Shown here piece by piece: positions 1 through 12,841 of a stretch of DNA of 64,000 nucleotides. Within the stretch, counting starts at the first letter, position 1, and every line of letters begins with the position of its first letter. The translations under genes were made by a program, and so were the position numbers. Origin of the DNA: Fistulifera solaris (lineage: Eukaryota); NCBI GenBank assembly GCA_030295235.1, contig AP026167.1, positions 744,001-808,000 on the forward strand, read 5' to 3'. Under the pieces are notes generated by a model. That model was not told where the DNA came from, searched no databases, and was given only the letters and a program-made list of their open reading frames with translations.

Positions 1-1276
1 CTTGGTATCAATGCCGGCATCGGGACAGAATTCGTTGTTGTACCATTCAAAGTATTTCTGATTGTTTTCAAAAACAATGCTCGGAGCGACGGGATGCCAA
101 ATGGCCTTGTCGGGTAGCAATACAGGTTCCGCCGCGACGACTTTTTTCTTTTCCTTCCATACTGGCCTTGATGGGAGCGACATAATCTTGCCCGACCATG
201 GTAAGAAGCGACTCCAAGTTCTCGGGTGAACCACCGAGCCAATACTGAAAGGACATCATAAAGGTACGGGCATCCGCGGCCTTGTCACTGGGCAAGAATT
301 TGAGTACCTTGGGAAGAGTGCGCAACAACTTGAGCATACCTTCTTCAAAGGACGACCCATCTTCTTGTTTCTTTTTCTTCATGAAATCGGAAATGACACT
401 CTTGGATTGTCCCAAGTTTTTCATGGTAAACGATCCGACCTTGTTGAGACGCATGACTTCGGGCATGGAGGGGGAAGATGAGGACTGCATCGAGCTGATC
501 ACGTCGTGGCTGAACGACTTCGACGACTTTTTCGGCGAGTTCTTGCACGAAAATGAGCGACCCGATGAAGATATCGGCTTCATTGACATCTTTTTGAATT
601 GCTCAAAGGCATCATTGTTGCGGAGTTCTTCTAACAAATAACCGACACATTCGACGGCCATGTTATCGGATCCGGCGTTGATGCGTTTGACTGCAGCCGT
701 CATGGAAGACTGGTATTGACTTTCGAGAACGACGTAAACGACTTTCATGGTAGGTCTTCCACGAGGATCCTCGGGAATGACTCGCCGTTTGTCGGCGTTG
801 TTGGCTGTAAAGGCTCCCGCCATGGGACCGGAGGTCGTCGTAGGGTCCGTCACGACCATTGGCAAAGCGGATTTCGATCGGAACGAGGCTTTGGAAAGTC
901 CAGCAAAGGAGGTACCGGTACTGGTACTACTGGGTTGCCATCTGTAAGAAGCAAAAAGGAGAGAGGAATGAAAAGAATGAGAAGCAAGAAAGAAAGAAGG
1001 ATATGGAGCATAGAATATGAGAAGGAGAAAAAAAAGGAGAATCACCCAATGTTTGTGTGAACAGGATGCTTTCCTTCAAAACAAAAGGGATTGACTACAA
1101 TCTTTTTTGTGTCCACGAATGAACAATCCACCATTTCACGTTTCGTCGTCTTGCACATTCGTTCCAATCTCCTCCTCCTCCTCCGATGACAAAACAAAAG
1201 AAAAGAAAACAAAAACTTACGCTGTTGTGGCTCCCATGGCCAATAAGGCGATTGCGGCTGTTCGGAAATGAACCAT
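1..1276 (-). CDS. chlH: Magnesium chelatase subunit H, plastid-targeted (5' part; runs off the window start)
   Basis: Exon 1 (1276-1221) encodes [28 protein letters not shown] intron spans 1220-942, then WQPSS..., [58 protein letters not shown] and [12 protein letters not shown], which are typical of the ChlH N-terminus. Compensating homopolymer indels occur at ~595 and ~470. Confidence 0.95.
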
Positions 1277-2088
1277 CGTTTTACAACAATCCAACACGCT
1301 TCACTTCTATTCAATTATAAATAATGATACGTCTATATTGGTTTGGTTTAGTATTTGTATTAATGATTTCGTTGAAGGTCCTGTGCTTGAATTGAAGAAC
1401 AAAACTGCGTTGGTAGAAAACGACGACGACGACTGCCGAGGAAGATGAAGATAACAGATACTCCAATTATTATAACCTTTGCAAGGTTGTTGAAGTCCGA
1501 AGCTCCTCTTTAGGATACAACACTTGTAGAAGGACAGACGACGAAACGTGAAAAGAGAAAGAGTGACGTGTTGAAGTGCCCTTGTGTAAGGTGGGGGAGT
1601 TTTTGTGTACGTAGTATGTGTATCAGTGAAGAGTGTGGTCTGGTGTCGCATGCCCGAACTTACTACTACAACAACGAGTATTGGTACGACACCATTTAGG
1701 TTTTCATGCGACACATTGGCATCGGCTCACGTCTTCTCATCACGTTTCGCTCATTCCAAATTCCAACTCAGTGCCGACGAACAACATCCGTCGGTGGTCG
1801 GTTGGCGCCAAGGGGAGAAAAAATAAAATAATTAAGGCAAAGGTTATTGCACCCTCTTGCACCTCTTGCACTTGCGATCTGCGATCCTTTTTGCCATGTG
1901 TGCGAGAAACAAAAATAATGACGACGACAGCATGTCGTCATCACAGTCAACAAGTCACTGGTACCTGTTTCACAAGAAGAGCATCTATTATGACTCGAGT
2001 ATTTTTTTAACTTTCAACAATCAACCAGTCGAACATTACCTTTACTACTACTATTTTATGTTTTCAATTACAATAAACACCCCATCTT

Positions 2089-3607
2089 TCACTCGCCGTT
2101 TGACGAAAAGAATGCTTTCTGCAGAAACTCCGATACAATCGTAGCATTCGATACAGGCTGTTCGGTCTCTTCTTGAAACGTTGTTTCAAATTCTTGTAAA
2201 TCGCGTAAATTCTCTCCGTCGCGGATTTTTACACTGTCACAAAGGGCGACCGATCGTAAGATATAATCGCGTAAATCATTCAAACTATTCAATTCCGGAC
2301 CATTCGCAGGAAAAGTACGACGGGCGACGACCATCCATTGTTCCAATTGAGCCAACGCCGTGGGAATGCGTTCGACATGAGGCGAGCGGGCCAAGATTAC
2401 GGCCAAGTCACCAAACAAACGAAGGCCCCGTCGACACACCGCCAGATCGTTTCCTCCATACAGTCGAATTCCGTCCAAAATAGAGAGAAGGTACGCGAAC
2501 GAGCGTTGTGGAGCACATAGACGAACTACGCCATCGGCGTCTTTCGCCCAAGGTGTGGCCAAATCTTCGCGAGCAATACTGGCCAAAACACCGGTTAAAG
2601 TGTCCATGCATTGAATTGCCGTGGTGGGGTCATTGATGCCAGGTGAAAGAGCTTTCATGGCAATGTCCGCCAGTTGTTGAATTCCGAGCGTTACATCAAA
2701 ATCACCTTCTCGTTGTTTCGTAATACAAACCACTTGAATAGCGAACAGTCCCAATGTCTGTTCCACAATTCGATCCTTGGTGTCATGATTCCTCGATTGA
2801 TTGTTCGATAAAGTAGAAAGAATTCGGCTTTCCAAGGTGGTGCCGTTCGTCTCTTGACTACTTTTCGCATCCCACACGTAACAGAGGGTCGTCCCGCGGT
2901 TCACATATTCTCCTATTTGGTACATGTACCTGACACAGACATCCATGGCCTCGGCTTGTTGTAAAATGCATTCGAATCGAAATACTTTTACGTAACCGGA
3001 CGTATCGCTCGTCACGGCATACGCATTCGGCGGAACATCGGGTAAACGTGTCACGGTTGCATCCATATAACGGAGACGACGAAGACGATCCGCCGCACTT
3101 AAAGCCGAGTTAGACGCGCGCTCCATAATGGATTCCAGACGGAATCCGACCATGAAAAAAGTGAATAAAGTTAATAAACGATCCCAATACACCCACCATT
3201 TGTACTGTAATACCATAAATCGCAACGAAGGGAACGTTCTCATTGTCAAATAAATAAAAGAAGAGAGTGTAACAGTACGAAAGTGCCCCAACATTCACCG
3301 AGATGACCATCTTCGAGACCGGATCTTTAATGAATTCGTCAAGCAAACGAGCGGAAAACAATTGCGTGGCGAGTTGAACACTCAATACCGTCAGAGAGAA
3401 TGTTAGCGTCATGATGGGAACGGCAGCATTTGTCAGTAAACTAATCATCTGCAAAGCTTGATCCAGTAATTCTTCCTCACTGTTCTTGGTGATTTGTCCT
3501 AGCGAAACGGCGAGTAGCGCGTTCACCAATCCCCAGCACAGCGGGCCTGCTACAAACGATTCGCTGTTCCATGGTGTATAATTTCGAATCCAAATAGTGT
3601 TCAACAT
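2089..3607 (-). CDS. DUF2254-family predicted membrane protein (bacterial-like)
   Basis: TFSLTVLSVQLATQLFSARLLDEFIKD (ORF 3110-3754) and LGIQQLADIAMKALSPGINDPTTAIQCMDTL (ORF 2089-3294) match remembered DUF2254 motifs. The two ORFs join through a frameshift in a T-run at ~3155. The start is uncertain. Confidence 0.8.
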
Positions 3608-3853
3608 GGATAGGACGAAATGAAGGAAAATGAACGACCCTTCTCGGCAGCATGAGGGAAATAATGAGAAACAAATCTTCTTCGGAAATCGGAAGGGAGA
3701 TGACTTTTTACTGTGAATGGAGGAGTAGAAGACGACGTAGAAGATGCTAGTCACGGAGTATAAAGCATACGGAGTACTAAATTGTGTTCGTCATTTTTAG
3801 CAAGCAAGAGAGGATGATAACAGAGGCGAAGTGCGAAGTTAATTGTCAATCAT

Positions 3854-6800
3854 CTAATACCTTCGGCTCCATCTCTTTCGACCACGTGCGTCTCTACTCA
3901 TGTTCAGTGCCACCACCAGACAGTAGACTCCCAATGTAAAGCTTCCCACAGCAACAGTGCCCCAGAAATATTTGTGGCCAACAGTGTCTAGAGACCGGTT
4001 TGTCGAAGTATTTTCTTTTCCGAGTCCTCCTCGTCTTTCTTCGACGAAGCGTCGCCATCATCAGTTCGTGCGTCTTTACCTAATATCTCGTCAGCTTCTG
4101 TTTCAGTCAAACCACTGGCAGTTCTGGAATGGCGGCCTTCCTCGGTGTGTTCGAACTCAAGACTCATCATTTGTCTGGTGTCTTCCGAGAATGCACGAAG
4201 TAGCTGACCACGAGTTACAGCTGGTTCCTCTCGCTTCTTTACTTTTTGAAAGTCGATCGCTTTATGTTGCTCTGTGGGTTCACCCATGGATGACGCATCA
4301 ACTGTCAGATCGTCGTTCTTGCTGGGTCCGCCCGCTATTATTACTTTCTCCAAGAAATCCTCAACATCTTGACAAGTAAGATCCGGACGGCCAATCATCT
4401 GTAGAGGGGCAGTGTCGAAGCGGGACGTGTCTCTATCACGTTCCTTTTCGTGCATGTGAAACGGCGTCGCCGTAGCTCCAGGGCTGAAAAGAATTTCTAC
4501 ACGAAAGCGTTTAGGATCGTCCATAGGGCGACGAGCATCTTCAAATACTCTCATAATGATTTGAGTAAGGTAGCACAGTTCCGGTGTACTATTGATGATA
4601 GAAATTCCTTCTTTAGACAGGACAGATTTCTGATCCTCCGAGCTGCAGAAGCGGAGGACACTCAACACGGTGTGCAAGTGCGACTCTGAGGTAAAATACA
4701 ATCGTGTCCGCACGCGCCGGCCAAGCGAATTGATGTTGAGATCACTTTGGTAAGCCAAATTGATCAGATACCGCATATCGACTTCGTTGTCCTTTCGAGC
4801 AATATTGAGGTCATACTTAATCTTCTCCAAAAGCCCATGGCATATCTTGACGCCAACACTGCGTTTCTCCGGAATTGTCGTTCCATATTCTTGGGGAACT
4901 ACGCAGTCGGCCATAGGCTTGGCTAGATCATACAATCGGTGCAAGGTATCAGATAGACCCAGGTGTGGATTGTGCAGTATATCAAACCGAACATTATCGT
5001 GAATATCAGGAATACGGGACAGATCGAACTTGTCTTTCTCAGCATCGTAAAGACGTTCGTATATGAATCTCCACCGCTCGATTAATTCAAGTAGCGTCTC
5101 GCCTTTGTAAAGTTTCACGCCACTCAAAGCAACATCGTCGTCTGTTCTACCTTTCAAGCCTTCGCCTCCTTCGATGCGTCTTTCGTCGCCACTTCCCATC
5201 TCATCTAACATCTCTCCAAGTTGGGTCAGAAGCTCGCACATCGTTTTGTGTATCATAAACAAGTTATTGCGGGGATTGCCAATAGAAATCAATGCACTGC
5301 GCAAGGATGTAAGTTGGGACGGACCGGCGATGCTGTCCAGTTCTTCGTCACTCATTTTATCGAGATCAATGTCGCGCTGTAAATTTGTACATATCTTTTC
5401 TTTGAATGCACCGATTTCATTCTTTACCTCTTCGTTACCAGACGGATCGAGCATGTGCATGCTACCCTTTTCCTTGTGGACAAGAGAAACCAATATAGGT
5501 GGCAAGTCCCCCTCAAGCTCCAACAATCCTTTTGCAAATGCAGCAGCCGTTTTCATGACGCGACCTTCGTCACTTGTTTTGATTTTGAGATCGTGACGAA
5601 AAGTAGAGTGCAGTCGTAGAATGCCTCCACCTGGGGCGTCTGGATACATCTCTTGGCGCAGCCTTTGTCCTAGACGAACCGATTGCTTTTCTCCAAGCTT
5701 GGTCAAATCTGTGTGAATTAGTTAGCAAAACGTAGAAAGAAGAGAGAATGTAAACACTGAATCGATCCGTTCACTTACTGCCGCCCCACTTCAAAATTAA
5801 TTGAACTTCTATGCATTTCTGTTTCGTTTCCCCACTTTCGTCTGTAATAAAGTCGAACTTACGAGGCTTGATTTGCAATTTACGATTCACTGAATTGCAA
5901 ACAGGATGAGACGCCAATCGAATTTAAGTTTGATAGTCGTGCAGGGGCTAAATCATACTTACATCCTACAATTTTCCACCGTTCCAAAATGTCGCGCATA
6001 TGCATTAGTTGATATCGAAGACTCTCCGTCTGACTGTTTCGTTCCAACTCTGCGAGAGTGGTTTTCACAGTTTCGAGGAACTCAGTCAAGGGTGCTTTGG
6101 CTTTTACTTTTAAATCTTTGGTACAATTCTTAACACTGAAAAATGGTAAGGTACGCGTAAGAACAAATAGCAATAGAGAGGCGCACCCGACTCGTTTACT
6201 CACTGACGGTGAAAATATTCAAGTATGTGGGGTTCACTCATGTTCACCTTCAGCTTTTGCTTTGGTGTTCGATCTCCATGGCGAATAATGGCAACGACAC
6301 AGCGGAGTTCCTCCTGATGTGGTTCTTGCAGAGAAATGGATAGCCTGCGTTTCTTGTCGACCTGTTCTTCGGATTCGGAACTATGCACAGATGATGGAGC
6401 CATTGAGGCTGGTACGGACGTCAAATTTCCCGGAAAATCGCGAACTGGTAAAGCTCCTTCATCAAGGGTTGCTGCCGCAGTCATAGACATTTCGCCCGCA
6501 TCGGAGCGATTAGGCGATGCATTCGGTTCACCCTTCATACTCTGAGAGTCAATGTCGTCGGAATCATCTTTTGCCGGTTCGCCCTGCAGCATCCACGCCG
6601 CTCTGGATAAAAACGTCCCTTGTTTCTTTGACGAAGTGTCATCTGCTATATCGTCATCGCGGTGATTTGTTGTTTTGACCAAAGGATCCAGGGTCGATAT
6701 CGTTCGCAATGCGGAGGGCCTTAGTAGAGCAAGAATATGCTCAGAAAGGATTTGTGCACAGTCGTCATAATACTTCCTTTTGCATGAGAAATAAGCTTTT

Positions 6801-8031
6801 GTAAGTAATACAGGCATTGTCATGCTCATTCCTAATGGCCATGAAAGTACTTACCTACTATTCTTCACAAACGAGAACCCATTAACGTCACACACGTACG
6901 AGACGACCGTGTGCCCCTCCTGGACTCTCAAAATGTCGAAACCACAGACGAACTGCTTGAATACTAACACAATACGACGAGCAATTTCTTTTTCTCGGTA
7001 GGTCAAAATGACGGGAAATCGCACCTCCTTCCCATCGGAATTCCGCTCCACTTTGCCATCAACCGTAGGAGACTTTCTGGCTTCGGCATGTCCGTATTCG
7101 GGGCCAACGGTATACATTTTGACATCCGTGCCTTGTGTTTCTACAAACTCTTCGTAAATATAACTTCCATCTCTGCGCACTTCGTTAATATCGGGATAAA
7201 ACTCGGAAGATCGATTGCCTATTTTCCGGAAGAGCTTTTTGCAACCGCCTCCTGCACTCGTGGGATAGTAAATACAAATCTTGTGATCTGAAAGAAGGCG
7301 TGTCAGTAACACTACTGAGAGTTCACCAATCCGGTCTAGTGGTACTACGTACCTTCGGCATTCACTGGCTTTTCGACAAACGGCTTGTGTATCGTGATTC
7401 CATTGACTTCAATATGGTCATCAAATTCTTGCACTTCCTGATTTCGATTGCCATTCCCATCACCCGTTCCCGTAGATACATACCCATCTCGACTCAGATA
7501 CGCATGCCTGGGGACATCGATCCCTGACGCTTCCAGTAAATCGTAAACTCTGCGGCGATCTTGCAGTAATTCTTGCATATCGAGATCATTCAAGATAAGC
7601 GGTTTCCGCAATGCTACGTATTCTTTCGCTTTCGGTAGAGGGTAGTTTTTACTAAAGAAAGCAATCAAAACATCGCAAACGGGCCATTCCTCTACCGGTT
7701 TATTGAGAATGACGTCGTCACCGAAAAAGACCACACGAAAGTGATCTTCATCGAGTCGACTAAGAATCTCGGCCATGGGTTTCGAGCGAGCTTTCTTGTC
7801 CATGGCGCAAATCCCCAGACGGATACAGCCATTGCAGTTTTCTTGTTCTTCTTTGGAGTCTTCTTCACTAACTGGCATGGAATCTTGTACAGCTGCTATG
7901 ATTCGTGCTGGCGATACTGTTTCCGTGTTGAGAAGAATCTCTGCACCGTTGGACTCGGTTGCCGGTGTTGCTTCGACGCTTTCCGGCAATTGATCTCCCG
8001 TGGATACATTCGTGTCTTTATCCTCTGTCAT
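3854..8031 (-). CDS. VIP1: Inositol hexakisphosphate / diphosphoinositol-pentakisphosphate kinase (Vip1/PPIP5K), multi-exon
   Basis: ATP-grasp kinase motifs [31 protein letters not shown] and DVNGFSFVK. His-phosphatase motifs [10 protein letters not shown] and [11 protein letters not shown]. Several GT-AG introns. The C-terminus extends to the TAG at 3854 if a 1-nt indel at ~4015 is corrected. Confidence 0.95.
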
Positions 8032-8348
8032 CTTCGTTCGGTTGTGTCAATGCTTGCTTGGATATTGAGCTGCTAGTTTGTAAAGTGTCAAGTAACATCA
8101 AAGCATCATCCAAGAGGATGAAATAAGCGTGCACTGTAATGTAGTGTGGTGGCACTTTGATGTGTGGAAAGTGGTGCGATACTTTGGCGATAAGCGGCGT
8201 GTCGGGAGGCTTCAACCGCTACGACACTTTTACGTTTCGCAAGATTCATAGAGGTTCGAGGGGTTCGAATTGCGGGTGATGTTGTAATAAACGAAAGTTG
8301 ATGAGAAAGTGGCATTAAATCGACTAGAATGTCAAGCTAACATGAACT

Positions 8349-10163
8349 ATGGGCCAGCAACACAGCCACAGAAGGCGGTCGTTACCTGTATCACGACGTA
8401 GCCGTTTAGGGAGTTCGGAACGCAGTCGCGAAAGAGAAGGACTGTCACGCAGCAAGTCCGTCCATGAAAATCTCGTTAGAGAGCGCGGCAAGAAAGTATT
8501 GATCGAAGATGTCTATGAAGTCGTAGGAAAAATAGGCCACGGGGCGCTGTGTGAAGTATACAAGCTACAGAAGAATAAGGAGAAAATAGGAGGGAGTTCT
8601 CGACCCGAGCTTCAGCGCAAAAAAATTCTCGATTTCGGGCGGTCTCTAAGTGACAACAAGACTGTCAGACTGAAAAAGGAGAAATCCTTCCAGCTGAATC
8701 CTCTGTACTTTGCCCTCAAGGTCATCAATTTGAAAAGGGTAAAAGAGGATAAAATCGATCAGCTCAAGAATGAAATAAAGTGCGTACAAGTGCCATTGCG
8801 CTCGTTTTTGTCTCTCATTGGTGCGTTGTCACTAACTATTCTTTAGGCTTCTACGAACAATGGATCATATGAACATCATCAATGCATACGAAACTTTCCA
8901 GGATAAGGCGAGTAAGAAGCTAATGATTGTAATGGAACTTTGTACCGGCGGAGATCTATACGAACGGCTGCCGTACTCGGAAGAACAGGCGGCAACTATC
9001 GCCAAACAAATCTTGAGCGCAGTTTCGTACATGCACCAACGGAATATTATACATCGCGACATCAAAATGGAGAACGTCCTTTATGAGAGTAATCATCCAA
9101 ATGCCCTCATAAAACTGATCGATTTTGGCTTGTCGAAGGAATAGTAAGTAAATGGGTGGGAGATGTCAGTGGGTCCTTTTCTAATGGCGTGTCAATCCTT
9201 CGTAGCGACTCGTCGCAAAAGATCTTTTCTCAGAACGAGTTGGAACTCTTTACAGCATGAGTCCTGAGACCATGAAAGGAGCCTACGATGCGAAGGCCGA
9301 CTTATGGTCGATTGGTATTTGCATTTACATACTGTTGGCAGCGGGGCATAAGCCTTTCGATGGAAAAGATCCAAAGGAATTGGTGCAAAAAGTTCTTAAA
9401 GCAGATTACAATTTTGAATCTCCTAAATCTTGGGATTCAATATCATCGATGGCAAAAACATTCATTGGCTCCTTGTTAGTAGTCGATCCAGAGAAGAGAC
9501 CTTCAGCCGCCAAAGCATGTAACCATAAGTGGATAAGAAGTTTCGCCGTCGTAGAGCATGCTTCAGACGATTTGAAGAAATCTGTCCGGAAATCCCTGAT
9601 CCGCTATGCTAATTTTGGATCTTTTCGAAGACTTGCGCTGAATGTGATTGCGAAACGATCCACTTCTGATGAAATTTTCCAGCTTCGAAAAGTGTTTCAA
9701 GAGTTCGATACCTTGAACACGGGTACTCTCACTTTACATGTGTTCGAAGCAGCATTATTGTCCTTGAATTTCAGCCGTGAGGAAATCGCGAAAATATTCA
9801 AGTCCTTGGATGTGAACCGTAACGATGCAGTAAACTTTACAGAATTCCTGGCGGCATGCCTTGAAGCTCAAGGTGACTTGGCAGAATACCGAATAGCTGA
9901 GGCTTTTGACTTGTTGGATTTTGACGACACCGGCTACATTACCCGTGACAACCTTCGCAAACTACTGGGAGACTACTCGTCTGAAAAATACATTGATCGG
10001 TTACTTGCGGAAGCCAGCAGCAATGGCAAAATTTCATAGTAAGTGACATACGATGAAGGCAACTGGTTGTTGTCGGTGCACCTCTCACTTTTAAAACGCT
10101 ATCAAATCCAGCAAAGAATTTCTCAACGTGTTTGCCGATCAAATGCCTCGACGACAGTCGTAA
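8349..10163 (+). CDS. Calcium-dependent protein kinase (kinase plus EF-hands), possible N-myristoylation (MGQQHS)
   Basis: GHGALCEV, HRDIKMEN, DFG and MSPE motifs, followed by EF-hands (DTLNTGTL, DVNRNDAVNFTE, DFDDTGYI). Introns at ~8780-8846, ~9144-9206 and ~10039-10111; stop TAA at 10161. Confidence 0.9.
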
Positions 10164-10536
10164 GGGAATTGACATCGACAGGATAAAGGGATTCAAACAA
10201 ACTGCTGCTAGCATCCACAGATTAACTCGGCTAGTGAGCTACCGCGGTGGTAGTTGACAACGAACAGTGGCACCAACAATAACAACTCTCGAAAGGAAAT
10301 TAGTTTAGTCTGGTCCGCGACCCACGATACCTGATAGAACCTGCTACGCAACGAACGCACGCTATCTCAGAGTAATAAACGAGACACGTTGCTTGAAAGA
10401 TTGAGTAAAGCAAGGAATGTGATCCACATGCAACAACACCTTACCTCGCGAATGAAAACTAGAATCTGTATAAATCAAATACATTAAGCCGTTATTAAAC
10501 TGGAAACTATGGCCGTAACACATACCACGGATGGCA

Positions 10537-12332
10537 CTAGCGAGTCTTTGATGCATGAATCGATCCTCCATCTAGAGCTACTTTTTCAACCGCCAAGTGC
10601 ATTTGGTTTCGAAACGCTTCTAAAAATTCTTTGTAGGATATCTTTCCATCCTTGTCGATGTCAGCGCTTGTCATCATCTCATCTACTTGCTCTTTTGTGC
10701 ACTGATCCCCCAAAAAGTCTTTTTAGATTCTGGCGACTGATATAGCCAGAATCGTCTGCGTCGATGCGATCAAAGGCTTCCGCAATGCGATCTTCGCCGA
10801 TGTGCCCGTGTGCCTCAATAGTCGCCGCCAAAAACTAGGTGGCATCAGTGACCTTTTATTTGTCTCACCAAACATCAACACAGCTTATAATTGACTCACC
10901 TCTGTCCACATGATATGTCCATTCTGGTTGAGATCAACACTATCAAAAATTTCTGCCAACGTATCTTCCGGGTAATTCATCTTTTCCAATGCCTGCCGGA
11001 ATTCGTCGAATGAAAGAACGCCATCCTGAGTTTTGTCGAACTCCTGAAAGATACTTCGAAGTTTTTGCATCTCAGCAGTGGTGGAACGATGAGCAATCAC
11101 TGTGAGGGCTAATTTCTTCAATCGCGAAGTGTGACGGTAATTGAGCAGACTTCCATCCACCTTAGAAAGCACCTCCTCCGACGGCATTTCATCGGGCAAG
11201 CGTTCTCTATTGACAATCCACTTGTGACCAAGAGCTTGTGCCGCATCAAGCCTTTCTTTGGGATCCACAACAATGAGTTTGCTGATGAAATCTTTGGCAT
11301 CCTCGGAAACGTTACTCCACACCGGCGACTCGAAACTATATTTGCAACGCATGATTTGATCGATCAAGACGCTTCTTCGCTTATCGTAAAAGGGCTTTAC
11401 GGAAGAGCACATCATGAAGGCAATAACACCCACAGCCCAAAGATCCGCTTCCGCTGAGTAGTTTCCCAGAAGGACTTGCGGCGACATGGTGTAAATCGTT
11501 CCAACACGCTCCGTCATGGTTCCCGTCTTGCCAATGAACTTTTTCGACAAGCCAAAGTCGATGATTTTTATTGCCGCGTCTTGTGCAGTGCTTTCAAACA
11601 TGATATTTTCATACTTTGGAGGTGGCGGATCAGTGAGTGCTGATTGGAATAAAGACATTGTTGCAAGCTTTAACTCACCTTTAGATCTCTGTGAACAACC
11701 CCGTGATTGTGCATGTAACGAATGGCTTGTAATATGCTGGCTGCAAGATGAGCGAAAAGGAATTTTAGGCAATCCTCAGATAATCGATCAACCATTGGAA
11801 AGAAAACACTTACTCGTAATCCGTCCAGCTTGCTTTTCCGTGTATGGAGACCGGGTATAAAGATCACCCCCAGCACATAAATCCATAACAAGATAAATCT
11901 GCTTTTTCTGCGTATATACTTCATGAGGCCGAACGATGTTCGGATGATCAAGGTTGCGAAGAATATCAATTTCATTTTGAGCTCTTCAATGAAAGCGGGA
12001 GAAATGCGATCTAACATAATCCGTTTCATCCCGTAGAGAAAGTCGTCTGTATGTTCTGAGACATGCAGTGGTTGTACTGAATGCTTGTCATGCTTCAGAA
12101 AGCGAAACAATTTCATCAAGCCCTTCTGTTTCCTCGGTCGAAACGCAGAACCACCAACTTGGCTTTTTCGAATTTGAACTTTAAAGACTGCGCCCATGGA
12201 GCCTTCCCCCAGCACTTGAACTACCTCATACTTTCGGAAAGGATCGTCGTTATCGATCTCTCGCAAAATGTTCGAGTGGATTGACGTTGAGTTCTCGCTA
12301 TTCGTCGGTGAGTGCTGGGACCGCGACAGCAT
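10537..12332 (-). CDS. Second calcium-dependent protein kinase (kinase plus 4 EF-hands), convergent with the first
   Basis: GEGSMGAV, HRDLK, IDFGLSK and VGTIYTMSPQ motifs. EF-hands DKTQDGVLSFDE, DLNQNGHI, DADDSGYI and DIDKDGKISY. Contains introns and homopolymer indels (~11975, ~10725); the 3' end is approximate. Confidence 0.9.
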
Positions 12333-12841
12333 GTTTCGTTGCTTTTGAAATAGAATGATTGCGGTGACTTCTAAATACGGAAACGTAACACGAGTCGCGC
12401 AATGCGGTCTTCTTCTCTTTTTCTGACGCCCTTTGGTCTTTGGTGCCTTCCTTGACACTTCGACCTGCTTCGACGAATTTGCTTACAGTTTTTAACGTTG
12501 TATTGATCAACCTGTTAATGAATTATGGCGAATCTTGAAGTGATTCTGATCTTTCACGATAATTGTTGGCCTAAACTAAAAATGGTAAACGGCACAGCCA
12601 ACTGTTCTGTACAATGAGCGGATACTGTATCTTGCGACACGAGCCTTGTCTTTGGCCACGTCATGATTACGTCACCAAAAGTTGTTCATGCGTGAACCAG
12701 CATCGGGCCTGAAAACTAGTTGGGTCAGCCAACAAAAACTACGAACAGCCACTGAATACCTAGCATCTATGACTATCTCAAAGGAATTCGACGAAAGGAA
12801 AATACGCCCGATTAAAGCTCATTGAAGAATTTGCTATTACA

